Shown here: positions 28,416 to 38,171 of the stretch, in pieces
Position numbering within the stretch: position 1 is the first letter of the stretch
Layout: every line of letters begins with the position of its first letter
Source of the DNA: an uncultured Alphaproteobacteria bacterium
GTDB lineage: Bacteria; Pseudomonadota; Alphaproteobacteria; Methylaequorales; Methylaequoraceae
NCBI GenBank assembly: GCA_902523675.1
Contig: CABZAL010000005.1
Span: forward strand, 6,867-70,866
DNA length: 64,000 nucleotides
Reading direction: 5' to 3'
Translations under genes and position numbers: made by a program
The notes under the pieces: model-generated
Database searches by the model: none
The model's input: the letters and a program-made list of their open reading frames with translations, nothing else
Told to the model about the DNA's origin: nothing

Positions 28416-29474
28416 ATGGAAGATAAGAAAAAAATTGTTTTAGTTGCGGGAGGGACTGGTGGTCATGTTTTTCCTGCCTTAGCTTTAGCTGAATTTCTTG
28501 AAGAAAAAGAGGTAAGTCATTATTTCCTGACCGATCATAGATGTAAAATAATTCTGGATAAATATAAAGTTGATTACAAATTAGTTTGTTGTTCTCAAGT
28601 TAAGAAAAATATCTTTCTCTTACCTATTGTGTGTTCAAAAATTTTATTTGGATTGATTCAATCTTTATTTTTTTTTCTTAATTCAAAGCCTAATTATGTA
28701 ATTGGTTTTGGCGGATACACTTGTTTACCACCCTTATTAGCAGCTAAGATATTGAAGATACCGATATTCGTTCACGAACAAAATGCAGTAATGGGACAAG
28801 CGAATAGATTTTTTTCAAAATTCTCAAAAAAAGTTTTTCTTGGTTATAAATTTACAGCCAATTCAACTAAAAACTCACACTTTGTTGGAATTCCAATTAG
28901 AAAAGAATTCCTTGATCTTAAAAAAAAAAAATTTGTAGATAACGATATCAATATTTTAGTTCTTGGTGGGAGTCAAGGAGCTAGTGTATTTTTTGAGTTT
29001 TTACCAAAAATTTTATCATCAATTAGAAAAAGAGATTTAAAAAGATTGGTTTTAATTCAACAGGCAAAAAAAGATCAAATAAAAATTCTTAAAAATATAT
29101 ACTCAAACTATGAATTAAAATTTACTCTAAAAAGTTTCTTTGATAATATTTCAGAGATAATGAACGAATCTGACATTATTATAACAAGATGTGGCGCGTC
29201 GACTCTAGCCGAAATTAATTTTTTAAAAAAGCCTTCTATTTTATTTCCATTACCTTCAGCAAAAGATAATCACCAATTAAGGAATGCTAATGCTTTTGCA
29301 AAATCAAATAAATGTTTAATCATCGAGGAAAACCAAATTTCTAATGAAAATACTATTTCAGATATAAGAAATTCAATATTTGATTGCCAAAATAATAAGA
29401 TTAATTGTGAAAATAAAAACATTTTAACAGTTAATAAAAAAATTTTTAATATTCTAAATGCAGAGAAACAATGA
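28416..29474 (+). CDS. murG: Undecaprenyl-PP-MurNAc-pentapeptide GlcNAc transferase
   Basis: GGTGGHVFP, HEQNAVMG.AN, GGSQGA, RCGASTL, HQ..NA. Confidence 0.95.
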   Translation: MEDKKKIVLVAGGTGGHVFPALALAEFLEEKEVSHYFLTDHRCKIILDKYKVDYKLVCCSQVKKNIFLLPIVCSKILFGLIQSLFFFLNSKPNYVIGFGGYTCLPPLLAAKILKIPIFVHEQNAVMGQANRFFSKFSKKVFLGYKFTANSTKNSHFVGIPIRKEFLDLKKKKFVDNDINILVLGGSQGASVFFEFLPKILSSIRKRDLKRLVLIQQAKKDQIKILKNIYSNYELKFTLKSFFDNISEIMNESDIIITRCGASTLAEINFLKKPSILFPLPSAKDNHQLRNANAFAKSNKCLIIEENQISNENTISDIRNSIFDCQNNKINCENKNILTVNKKIFNILNAEKQ

Positions 29475-30883
29475 ATATTTTAGCAAAAAAAAAAAGTATT
29501 TATTTTATAGGCATTGGGGGAATTGGAATGAGTGGTATAGCAGAAATTCTTCATGAAATGAAATTTTCAATATCTGGTAGTGATTTAAATGAAAATCATA
29601 ATACGAAAAGACTTAAAGGTGTGGGGATAAAAATAAATTTGGGTCATTTTAAGGAAAATATTAAAAATAAAGATATAATTGTTTATTCATCGGCAATAAA
29701 AATGAATAATCCTGAGATAGTTGAAGCAGAAAAACTTAATATTCCTATACTACCTCGGGCTAAAATTCTAGCAGAAATACTTTTTTTAAAGTCTTCTATA
29801 ACCGTCTCTGGTTCGCACGGTAAAACTACGACCACTTCATTAATTGCTTGTATTCTTGAAGAGGCTAAATTTGATCCTACAGTCATAAATGGAGGAATAA
29901 TAAATACCTATAACACTAATGCAAAACTTGGGCATGGCAACTGGATTGTAGCTGAGGCTGATGAATCTGATGGGTCATTTAAATTATTACCATCAACTAT
30001 TTGTTTAATCAATAATATTGATCCTGAACATTTGGATTATTATAAAACCTTTAAAAACCTCAAAAGTGCATTTGTCAAATACGCAAGTAAAGTGCCATTT
30101 TACGGATTTATATCAATGTGTATTGACCACAAAAGTGTAAGAGATTTGAAAAAAACATTCAAAAATAAAAAAGTAATTACTTATGGTATTTCAAAAAGAG
30201 CTGATTTTTCTTTGATAAACAGAAAAATTATTGAACAGAATGGATTTTTTTATAATAAATTTGACGTTGTAATAAATGGAAATGATCAAATTAAAAATGT
30301 TTTAATTCCAATTTTAGGTAATCATAATTTGCAAAATACACTTGGTGCGATAAGTGTTACAAGAAGCATAGGAATTAAAAAAAATATAATAAAAAAAGCA
30401 TTGAAAAAATTTAAAGGGGTTAAAAGAAGGTTTACTCTTGTTGGTGAAGTTGATGATATTAAAATATTTGATGATTATGCTCATCATCCTAAAGAGATTA
30501 AAGCAACGCTATCGGCTTTAAAAGAAATATCAAAAAAAAAAATTATTGTAGTTTATGAGCCACACAGATTTTCAAGACTAAAGTCTTTATTTACTGATTT
30601 TCAGAATTGTTTTGGAAATTCTACATATTTATTCATTTTACCTGTATTTTCAGCTGGTGAAAAAATTAACAAATTTTTTAATAGTGAAACATTAGTTAAA
30701 CAACTAAGAAAAAAAAAAAAACATACATTTTATGTATCTAATAATAATGATTTATTCCTAGAGCTAAGTCAATTATTGAAACCAAACGATAGTCTAATAT
30801 TTTTGGGCGCTGGTCCAATCACAAAAATTGCTAATTCATTTCCAACTTATTTTAAAAATAAAAAAAATGAAGTGTTTGATTAA
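29471..30883 (+). CDS. murC: UDP-MurNAc-L-alanine ligase
   Basis: GIGGIGMSG, GSHGKTTTT, EADESDG, DDYAHHP. Confidence 0.96.
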   Translation: MNILAKKKSIYFIGIGGIGMSGIAEILHEMKFSISGSDLNENHNTKRLKGVGIKINLGHFKENIKNKDIIVYSSAIKMNNPEIVEAEKLNIPILPRAKILAEILFLKSSITVSGSHGKTTTTSLIACILEEAKFDPTVINGGIINTYNTNAKLGHGNWIVAEADESDGSFKLLPSTICLINNIDPEHLDYYKTFKNLKSAFVKYASKVPFYGFISMCIDHKSVRDLKKTFKNKKVITYGISKRADFSLINRKIIEQNGFFYNKFDVVINGNDQIKNVLIPILGNHNLQNTLGAISVTRSIGIKKNIIKKALKKFKGVKRRFTLVGEVDDIKIFDDYAHHPKEIKATLSALKEISKKKIIVVYEPHRFSRLKSLFTDFQNCFGNSTYLFILPVFSAGEKINKFFNSETLVKQLRKKKKHTFYVSNNNDLFLELSQLLKPNDSLIFLGAGPITKIANSFPTYFKNKKNEVFD

Positions 30884-31787
30884 AATATTTACCTTGATAA
30901 AAAGTTTTGTTAAATCGATTAAAATAAATTATCCCATTGCAAAAAACACCTGGTTTGGTTCTGGAGGTAAAACTAGCATTTTTTTTGAAGCTCAGAGCAT
31001 TATATCACTAAAATTTTTTTTAAGTTTATTACCAATAAATATACCAATATTTACAATTGGTATGGGCTCAAATATTCTAATTAGAGATGGTGGTATTAGG
31101 GGGGTTACTATAAAACTAAAGGGTGATTTTAACAAAATTATTATTGACAAATCAAATAATGTTTTGAAGGTTGGAAGTGGAGTTAAAAATATAGATTTGG
31201 CAAAGTTTTGTGAAGTAAATAACATTGGAGGGTTTGAATTTTTGATTGGCATACCTGGCTCTGTAGGAGGCTCAGTGAAGATGAATGCAGGTTGTTTTAA
31301 ACAATCAATAAGTGATTTGATTACTAAGATTACAGTCATAGACCGACTAGGAAAAATTCATACTATTAATAAAGAAAAAATAAACTTTAGTTACAGAAAA
31401 ACAGAAATCCCCAATCAGCATATCATAATTGATTCAACATTTAATATGCAAAAGAAATCTAAAACATTAATAAAAAATAAAATGAAGTCTATTAGCCTAA
31501 AACGAAAGACAGTTCAACCAACCAACACAAGGACTGGAGGAAGTACATTCAAAAATACAAAAAGTTTTAAAGCTTGGGAACTAATTGAAAAAATTAACTT
31601 TCGAGGCAAATCGTTAGGAGGTGCAAAAATTTCAAAGCTACATCCAAACTTTATTATTAATTACAATAATGCGAAATCACTTGATATCGAAGTTCTAGGA
31701 GAAGAAATTGTAGAAGAAGTAAGGAAAAAGACTGGTATTCGCCTTGAGTGGGAAATTAAAAGGGTTGGAAATTTTGAAAAGATCTAA
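30867..31787 (+). CDS. murB: UDP-N-acetylenolpyruvoylglucosamine reductase
   Basis: GMGSNILIRDGG, GIPGSVGGSVKMNAG, GGSTFKN, HPNFIIN. Confidence 0.94.
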   Translation: MKCLIKIFTLIKSFVKSIKINYPIAKNTWFGSGGKTSIFFEAQSIISLKFFLSLLPINIPIFTIGMGSNILIRDGGIRGVTIKLKGDFNKIIIDKSNNVLKVGSGVKNIDLAKFCEVNNIGGFEFLIGIPGSVGGSVKMNAGCFKQSISDLITKITVIDRLGKIHTINKEKINFSYRKTEIPNQHIIIDSTFNMQKKSKTLIKNKMKSISLKRKTVQPTNTRTGGSTFKNTKSFKAWELIEKINFRGKSLGGAKISKLHPNFIINYNNAKSLDIEVLGEEIVEEVRKKTGIRLEWEIKRVGNFEKI

Positions 31788-32691
31788 GAAAATAATTGTA
31801 TTAAAAGGAGGACCATCAGAAGAAAGAGAAATTTCTATTAAGACTGGAAATCAGGTAGAAGAGGCTCTAAGCAAACAACATGATGTTAAAGGAGTTTTGG
31901 TATCTCAAAATTTGTCGTTAATAACAGAAAAGATTTTGAAATTTGGACCACATGTTATTTTTAATGCGCTTCACGGAAATTTTGGAGAAGATGGACAGAT
32001 CCAATCAATTTTAAATGCCTTGAAGATACCATATACACACTCAGGGGTAGTCGCATCATCAATAGGAATGAATAAATACTTTTCAAAAATTATTTTTGAA
32101 AATGCTGGTATAAGGTGTCCAAAAGGAGAAAAAATTAAACTTGAAGAAATACAAAAAACTAAGATTAAAATACCTTCAATCATCAAACCAACGTCAGGAG
32201 GATCCAGCATTGGTATTATAAAAATATTTAAAAGTGAGCAACTGTACAAAGAAAATTTAATCAATTCTAACTCTAAAAATGAAGATTATTTAGTAGAAGA
32301 TTTTATTGAAGGAAGAGAAATTACGGTCGGAATATTAGATAATAAAATTTGCGGAATAACCGAAATAATAACTAACTCAAAATTTTATGATTTTAAAAGT
32401 AAATATGTGCAAGTTGCCAAACATATACAAAATCCAAAATTACCTGAAAAAATTAATAAGGAGCTAGAAGATAATTCTTTACTGGCCCACAACATTTTGG
32501 GTTGTAATTACATTAGTAGATCAGATTTTAGATATGATGAAAAAAATCAAAAATTGTATTTACTTGAAATTAATACTCAGCCTGGATTAACATCCGATTC
32601 ATTAATTCCAGAGATGGCTAAAAAGAATGGAATAAGTTTTGTTAATTTGTGCAATATGTTAATTGATTCTGCTAGATGCGAAAAACTCTAA
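31774..32691 (+). CDS. ddl: D-alanine-D-alanine ligase
   Basis: GGPSEEREIS, LHGNFGEDG, YDFKSKY, EINTQPG. Confidence 0.95.
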   Translation: MKRSKKIIVLKGGPSEEREISIKTGNQVEEALSKQHDVKGVLVSQNLSLITEKILKFGPHVIFNALHGNFGEDGQIQSILNALKIPYTHSGVVASSIGMNKYFSKIIFENAGIRCPKGEKIKLEEIQKTKIKIPSIIKPTSGGSSIGIIKIFKSEQLYKENLINSNSKNEDYLVEDFIEGREITVGILDNKICGITEIITNSKFYDFKSKYVQVAKHIQNPKLPEKINKELEDNSLLAHNILGCNYISRSDFRYDEKNQKLYLLEINTQPGLTSDSLIPEMAKKNGISFVNLCNMLIDSARCEKL

Positions 32692-33398
32692 TATATTCAT
32701 TTCTTTTTATTTTTACTTTTATTTTTATTTTTTGGCATTATTTCCGACATTTGACCTTCAATGATTTCAAAAAAATAATTCACAAAAATTTTGAAAATAT
32801 TTCAGATGATAAAAAATTTAAAGTAATAAAGATAACATTTATTAATACAAAAAATATAGAAATTGATAAATTAAATAAATTAGTTAAAAATTATAATAAT
32901 AAAAATTTTCTTGATATAAATTTCAAAGAAATGGGCGAAGAACTCCTTAAAATTAAAGAAATTAAGTCCCTAAAAATTAATTTTAACATGCAAGGAGAAA
33001 TAAAAATTTCAATTGAGGAAAAAAAACCTTTTTTTATTTGGAAATATGAGAATTTTCAAAAGGTTTTAAATCTTGAAGGAGAAATTCTAAATTTTAACAA
33101 ATTAAATAATAAAAATTTAATCAATCTTTATGGATATGGAGCACAGAAAAAAATTGGAAACTTTTATCAAATTATTAGAAGAAATAAACAATTTGAAAAT
33201 ATTATAAAGTCCATAGAATATATTGAAAATTATAGATGGGACATAGTTCTAGAAAATAATACGTTAGTAAAACTATCCGAAAAAAATTACGAAAACAACT
33301 TAGAAACCTTAGATAGGTTTTTAAGTAGTAAGGAGTTATTTAATAAGACATACAAAATGATTGATTTTAGGGTGGATAATAGAATATCTTTTTATTAA
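32676..33398 (+). CDS. ftsQ: Cell division protein FtsQ
   Basis: Position ddl-ftsQ-ftsA; TM, POTRA-like region, RWDIVL, IDFR. Confidence 0.8.
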   Translation: MRKTLIYSFLFIFTFIFIFWHYFRHLTFNDFKKIIHKNFENISDDKKFKVIKITFINTKNIEIDKLNKLVKNYNNKNFLDINFKEMGEELLKIKEIKSLKINFNMQGEIKISIEEKKPFFIWKYENFQKVLNLEGEILNFNKLNNKNLINLYGYGAQKKIGNFYQIIRRNKQFENIIKSIEYIENYRWDIVLENNTLVKLSEKNYENNLETLDRFLSSKELFNKTYKMIDFRVDNRISFY

Positions 33399-33401
33399 GT
33401 A

Positions 33402-34604
33402 ATGTTAGATTTTAAAAATAATAAAAGCAGATGTATTTTTGATATAGGAACAAATAAAATAGTTTGTTTAATTTATGATATTACTAGAGGAAACCTTAAC
33501 GTTCATGAGTGGTCTCATAAACAAAGTTTGGGATTAAATAGAAGTAAAATACTTAACATGGATAAAGTATCCGAATGTATACTAGATACAACCAAAGAAA
33601 TTAAAAAAAAAATAGATAAAATTAATGTGAATATTACTGATATTGATTTTTTATCAAAGAAAAAATATTCTGAAATAAATATTGGGGGTATTAAAATTTC
33701 AAAAAAAGAAATATGGAGAAGCTTTAAAAAAAGCCTTCAAAATTCAAATTTGTCTCAGAAAAATTTAATCCATTCAATACCTTTAAATTTTATAGTTGAT
33801 GGAACACAATCTTATTCTGACCCATTTGGAATTTTCTGTAATAATTTAGGAATTAATACTTTCAACATCTGGATTAATACAGTTATTCTCAAAAATTTGG
33901 AAAGTTGCTTTAGAAATGCAAATATATTGATTGAAAATTCTATAGATACAAGTTTCGCATCAGCCGAGGCATGTCTCACTGAACAAGAGAAAATTATTGG
34001 ATCAACTTGCATAGATTTAGGAGCAGGTTCCGCAAAAATAGCTACATATTTCAAAGGAGTATTAGAATATATAAATTATGTTCCACTTGGAGGAAACGAT
34101 GTAACTAATGATATACAAAGAGGGCTAGAGATTCCAAAAGATCTAGCAGAATATATTAAAATCATTCATGGAAATTTAGAATATACTTATGAAAAAAATT
34201 TTAAAATTAATCTTGCTAATGGAAAAGAAAAAATCATAACTCAAAATTTTCTTCATGGAATCATAAAGCCGAGGTATGAGGAAATTTTAGAAATTATTAG
34301 GGATAAACTTCAAGATAATCTAGTCACAAAGATTGGGGTTAATAACATTGTTCTTACCGGAGGTGCAAGTCAAATTCCTGGTTTAAAAAATTTTGCTTCA
34401 AAAATATTTAATCGTAAAACGCGACTATCAAGACCACAGACAGAGTTTAGTTTTTTAAATAAGCCTGAATTTAGTACTTGTGTTGGTCTGATAAATATGA
34501 AATCAGACCTAGATTTAAAAAAAATTATTAAATCAGTATCAAATAATAAAGTATTTAATTTAATGGAAAGCTTTGATAATTGGGTAAAAGAAAGCTTTAT
34601 GTAA
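33402..34604 (+). CDS. ftsA: Cell division protein FtsA
   Basis: DIGTNKI, IDLGAG, GGNDVTNDI, VLTGGASQIPG. Confidence 0.92.
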   Translation: MLDFKNNKSRCIFDIGTNKIVCLIYDITRGNLNVHEWSHKQSLGLNRSKILNMDKVSECILDTTKEIKKKIDKINVNITDIDFLSKKKYSEINIGGIKISKKEIWRSFKKSLQNSNLSQKNLIHSIPLNFIVDGTQSYSDPFGIFCNNLGINTFNIWINTVILKNLESCFRNANILIENSIDTSFASAEACLTEQEKIIGSTCIDLGAGSAKIATYFKGVLEYINYVPLGGNDVTNDIQRGLEIPKDLAEYIKIIHGNLEYTYEKNFKINLANGKEKIITQNFLHGIIKPRYEEILEIIRDKLQDNLVTKIGVNNIVLTGGASQIPGLKNFASKIFNRKTRLSRPQTEFSFLNKPEFSTCVGLINMKSDLDLKKIIKSVSNNKVFNLMESFDNWVKESFM

Positions 34605-34664
34605 ATGAAATATTGTGAAACTATTTGTGATTAGTATTTCAATCAATTCAAGTTATTCTATGGT

Positions 34665-35609
34665 ATGAACTTTCTAAATTCAAAATCTAAATTTGACGAT
34701 TTAAATCGAAATGATATTTCTTCTCCATTACCAAGGATGAGTTATGCTGCAAAGCAAAGAACTCTTTCCAAATCTATATCTTTTTCAGGTGTTGGCCTTC
34801 ACACTGGTTGTGAGTCAACAATAGTTCTTCACCCTGCATCAGAAAATACTGGTTATTTGTTCAAACTAAAAAGTGGACCAAGCTCATTTTCTGATATCCT
34901 TGGTATCTACAATAATGTCTCATCAACAATGTTATGTACAACTTTATCAAACCAATCTGGGTTCAAAATTTCTACTACGGAGCATTTACTATCAGCCTTG
35001 TATGGTCTTGAAATTGACAATGTGATTATTGAAATTATTGGAGGTAATGAAATTCCAATTCTAGATGGTTCTGCTTCAGAGTTTGTTGATGGGATCAATT
35101 CGTGTGGCTCAGAAATGCAAAATTTTTCAAAAAAGTTCATTAAAATTATCAAAAATGTCGAATTAGTTGATGGTGACAAAGTAATTAAAGTTTCACCTCA
35201 TGATGAAACGCTTGTTACATGTGAAATTGACTTCGACTCAAAACCCATTGGTCATCAATCTATGAGCTTGATTTTAAATCGAGACATTTATTCTTCACAA
35301 ATCTCTAATGCTAGGACTTTTGGTTTTCTTGATCAAGTTAAAACTCTAAGGAAAAAAGGTCTAGCCCTTGGTGGAAACTTAGAAAATGCAATTGTTATTT
35401 CAAATGATAAGGTAGTGAGTAAAAATGGATTGAGGTATAATGATGAGTTTGTTAGGCACAAAACCTTAGATTTAATTGGTGATTTTTCACTTGCTGGCTT
35501 TAAAATGCAAGCATCTATTTTTAGTTATAAAGCTGGGCATGACTTAAACAATAAACTGTTAAGAAAAATATTTTCTTCCAGTGAAAATTGGGAATTCTTG
35601 GAAAACTAA
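34665..35609 (+). CDS. lpxC: UDP-3-O-acyl-GlcNAc deacetylase
   Basis: QRTL, GVGLHTG, STTEHLLSAL, PILDGSA, RHKTLDLIGD. Confidence 0.96.
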   Translation: MNFLNSKSKFDDLNRNDISSPLPRMSYAAKQRTLSKSISFSGVGLHTGCESTIVLHPASENTGYLFKLKSGPSSFSDILGIYNNVSSTMLCTTLSNQSGFKISTTEHLLSALYGLEIDNVIIEIIGGNEIPILDGSASEFVDGINSCGSEMQNFSKKFIKIIKNVELVDGDKVIKVSPHDETLVTCEIDFDSKPIGHQSMSLILNRDIYSSQISNARTFGFLDQVKTLRKKGLALGGNLENAIVISNDKVVSKNGLRYNDEFVRHKTLDLIGDFSLAGFKMQASIFSYKAGHDLNNKLLRKIFSSSENWEFLEN

Positions 35610-35661
35610 TTTTTTTATTTTTTGATTTTTTTTTAAATGATAAAAGATATTATTAGTTTCT

Positions 35662-36492
35662 ATGTCATTAAAACTTATCATATCTTTTCTGTTTTTTTTT
35701 CTTTTATCTTGTTCTTCTGATGACAAAGAAGCAAATATTGATTATTCGCTTAGAAGTGATAGTGTTCTTTATAATGAAGCTCTGACTGCGCTTAAAAAAA
35801 AAGATTACCTTGTAGCACACGAACTTTTTACTGAACTTGATTTACAACATCCATATTCAAAATGGGCCACAAAAGGACAGTTAATGTCTGGGTTTGCACT
35901 ATATAAAAATAATAAATATGATGAGGCGATTTTTACATTAAGTAAATTTATAAATCTTAATCCAAATAATCCAGATTTAGATTACGCTTATTATTTAAGA
36001 GGTTACTGCTATTTTGAAAGAATTAAGCAAGTTACTAGAGATCAAAAGTATGCAAAAAAAGCCTATGATTCTTTTATTGAATTAAATAATAAATTTCCAA
36101 AATCAAAATATACTCAGAAATCAAAAAAACATATAATTTTGTTAAATAATCAACTTGCTGGTAAAGAGATGTCTATCGGAAAATTTTATCAGACTAAAGG
36201 AAATTTTTTGTCAGGAATATTAAGATATAAATATATCCTAAAAAATTATAAAAAATCTGCCCAAATCCCTGAATCACTTTATAGATTAGTAGAATGTAAT
36301 TTGTCTTTAGGTCTTAAAAATAAAGCCATCAGATATGCAAAAATCTTAGGTTATAATTTCTCTAAAACACAATGGCATATTGATGCACAAATTCTAATGA
36401 AAAAACATTCTGTAAATCTCACAAGGAATTATGAAAAAGAAAAGTCTTTAAATTTAGATACAATTGATCCAAACGAATTCAATTCCTTTTAA
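35662..36492 (+). CDS. bamD: Outer-membrane assembly lipoprotein BamD
   Basis: Lipobox LLSC, TPR repeats, HPYSKWA, LAGKEMSIGKFY. Confidence 0.92.
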   Translation: MSLKLIISFLFFFLLSCSSDDKEANIDYSLRSDSVLYNEALTALKKKDYLVAHELFTELDLQHPYSKWATKGQLMSGFALYKNNKYDEAIFTLSKFINLNPNNPDLDYAYYLRGYCYFERIKQVTRDQKYAKKAYDSFIELNNKFPKSKYTQKSKKHIILLNNQLAGKEMSIGKFYQTKGNFLSGILRYKYILKNYKKSAQIPESLYRLVECNLSLGLKNKAIRYAKILGYNFSKTQWHIDAQILMKKHSVNLTRNYEKEKSLNLDTIDPNEFNSF

Positions 36493-36500
36493 AAGTAATA

Positions 36501-38171
36501 ATGCTAAAGTATCTATCCATAAAAAATGTAGTTTTAATTGATCAATTAGAAATTGACTTTAAACAGGGGCTGTGTGTTCTTACTGGAGAAACAGGTGCAG
36601 GAAAATCAATTATTTTAAATGCATTAGGCCTAGCAATTGGTTACAGAGCTAACTATTCTTTTAGACAAGAAAACGATAAAATAACTGAAATCATAGCAGT
36701 ATTTTCAGTAGCAGACAATCCTGAAATCAATCATTTATTAGAGTCATTTGGGTTAAATCAGAGTCCTGAAAGTGAAATAATTCTTAAAAGACAACTGCTA
36801 AATGATAATAAAAGTAAAGCCTTTATAAATGAACAAGTAGTTACTCTAAATACTTTAAAAATTATTGGATCTCATCTAATTGAAATTCAAAGCCAATTTT
36901 CTGAACAAGGACTGTTAGATTCTTCAACTCATATAAATGTACTTGATGAATATGGAAATTTAGAACCATTTATTGATCAAGTACAAAAGAATTGGGAAAT
37001 GTTAAAAAAATATAGAGAAAAAATAAATATGTTGATTTTAGAATATGAAAAAGTCAAAAATAATAAAGAGATTTTTGATTATGAATTAAAAGAACTAAAA
37101 GAATTTGATCCAACTAAAGAAGAATATGATACTTTAGTTATGAAAAAGAAAAACCTCCTTAACTCAACAAAAATTAAAGAAAACCTTAAGATAGTTGTTA
37201 AAAATTTCTCTTCTGAAGAGAGTAATGGTATTGAAGAAAAAATTTCAAAAAATATCAACCTATTGGAACAAATAAGTGATTATTTAGGTCCTAACCTAAA
37301 ATCTGCAGCTAAATCACTGGATGAAATATTAATAAATATACAAGAATTAAATGTAAGCATTAGCAGTTACTTAGAAAAATTTGGTGATGATGGTTTCGAT
37401 TTAGAAAAAATAGAAGAAAGAATATATAACTATCGAAGATTATCAAAGAAACATAATTGCTCTGAAGCAGACTTAGTTGATAAGTTAAAAAATTTAAAGT
37501 TATCTTACTCATCATATGATGATATGGAAAACCAGCTAAAAGATGAACAACAAAATTTAAATCGTATTGAAAATGAGTATAACAAACGTTGCTTAGAATT
37601 ATCCGAACAAAGACAATTATACGCTAAAAATGTTGATAATGAAATTAATGCTGAATTACCATCTTTAAGACTTGAAAGCGCAAAGTTTAAAACGATGGTT
37701 TCAGAAAATGAAAAACCAGGGCGGAATGGTAAAGATTTAATAAAATTTTTTATCAAAACTAATAATCATTCAAAATTTGACGAAATTAAAAGTATATCCT
37801 CAGGAGGAGAATTATGTCGTTTTGCATTAGCTATAAAAGTTGTTACGTCAAAGAAAAACAGTACATCTATAGTCTTTGACGAAGTAGATAGTGGTATTGG
37901 TGGGGCGGTAGCTTCAGCAGTAGGTGAAAGACTAAGAAAACTTGGAAATCAACAGCAAGTTTTGGTTGTCACACATTCACCTCAAGTTGCATCATTGGGA
38001 AATGATCATTTTAAAATATCAAAAAAAAATGATAATACCAAAACTAGTACAACAATTACAAGATTAGAAGGCAATGAAAGAGTTCGAGAAATAGCAAGGA
38101 TGCTTTCTGGAAAAGAAATAACAATTGAGGCAGAGGCTGCAGCAAGAAAACTAATAGAAAACTTTATCTAA
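36501..38171 (+). CDS. recN: DNA repair protein RecN
   Basis: TGETGAGKS, SSGGELCR, VFDEVDSGIGG, THSPQVA. Confidence 0.96.
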   Translation: MLKYLSIKNVVLIDQLEIDFKQGLCVLTGETGAGKSIILNALGLAIGYRANYSFRQENDKITEIIAVFSVADNPEINHLLESFGLNQSPESEIILKRQLLNDNKSKAFINEQVVTLNTLKIIGSHLIEIQSQFSEQGLLDSSTHINVLDEYGNLEPFIDQVQKNWEMLKKYREKINMLILEYEKVKNNKEIFDYELKELKEFDPTKEEYDTLVMKKKNLLNSTKIKENLKIVVKNFSSEESNGIEEKISKNINLLEQISDYLGPNLKSAAKSLDEILINIQELNVSISSYLEKFGDDGFDLEKIEERIYNYRRLSKKHNCSEADLVDKLKNLKLSYSSYDDMENQLKDEQQNLNRIENEYNKRCLELSEQRQLYAKNVDNEINAELPSLRLESAKFKTMVSENEKPGRNGKDLIKFFIKTNNHSKFDEIKSISSGGELCRFALAIKVVTSKKNSTSIVFDEVDSGIGGAVASAVGERLRKLGNQQQVLVVTHSPQVASLGNDHFKISKKNDNTKTSTTITRLEGNERVREIARMLSGKEITIEAEAAARKLIENFI

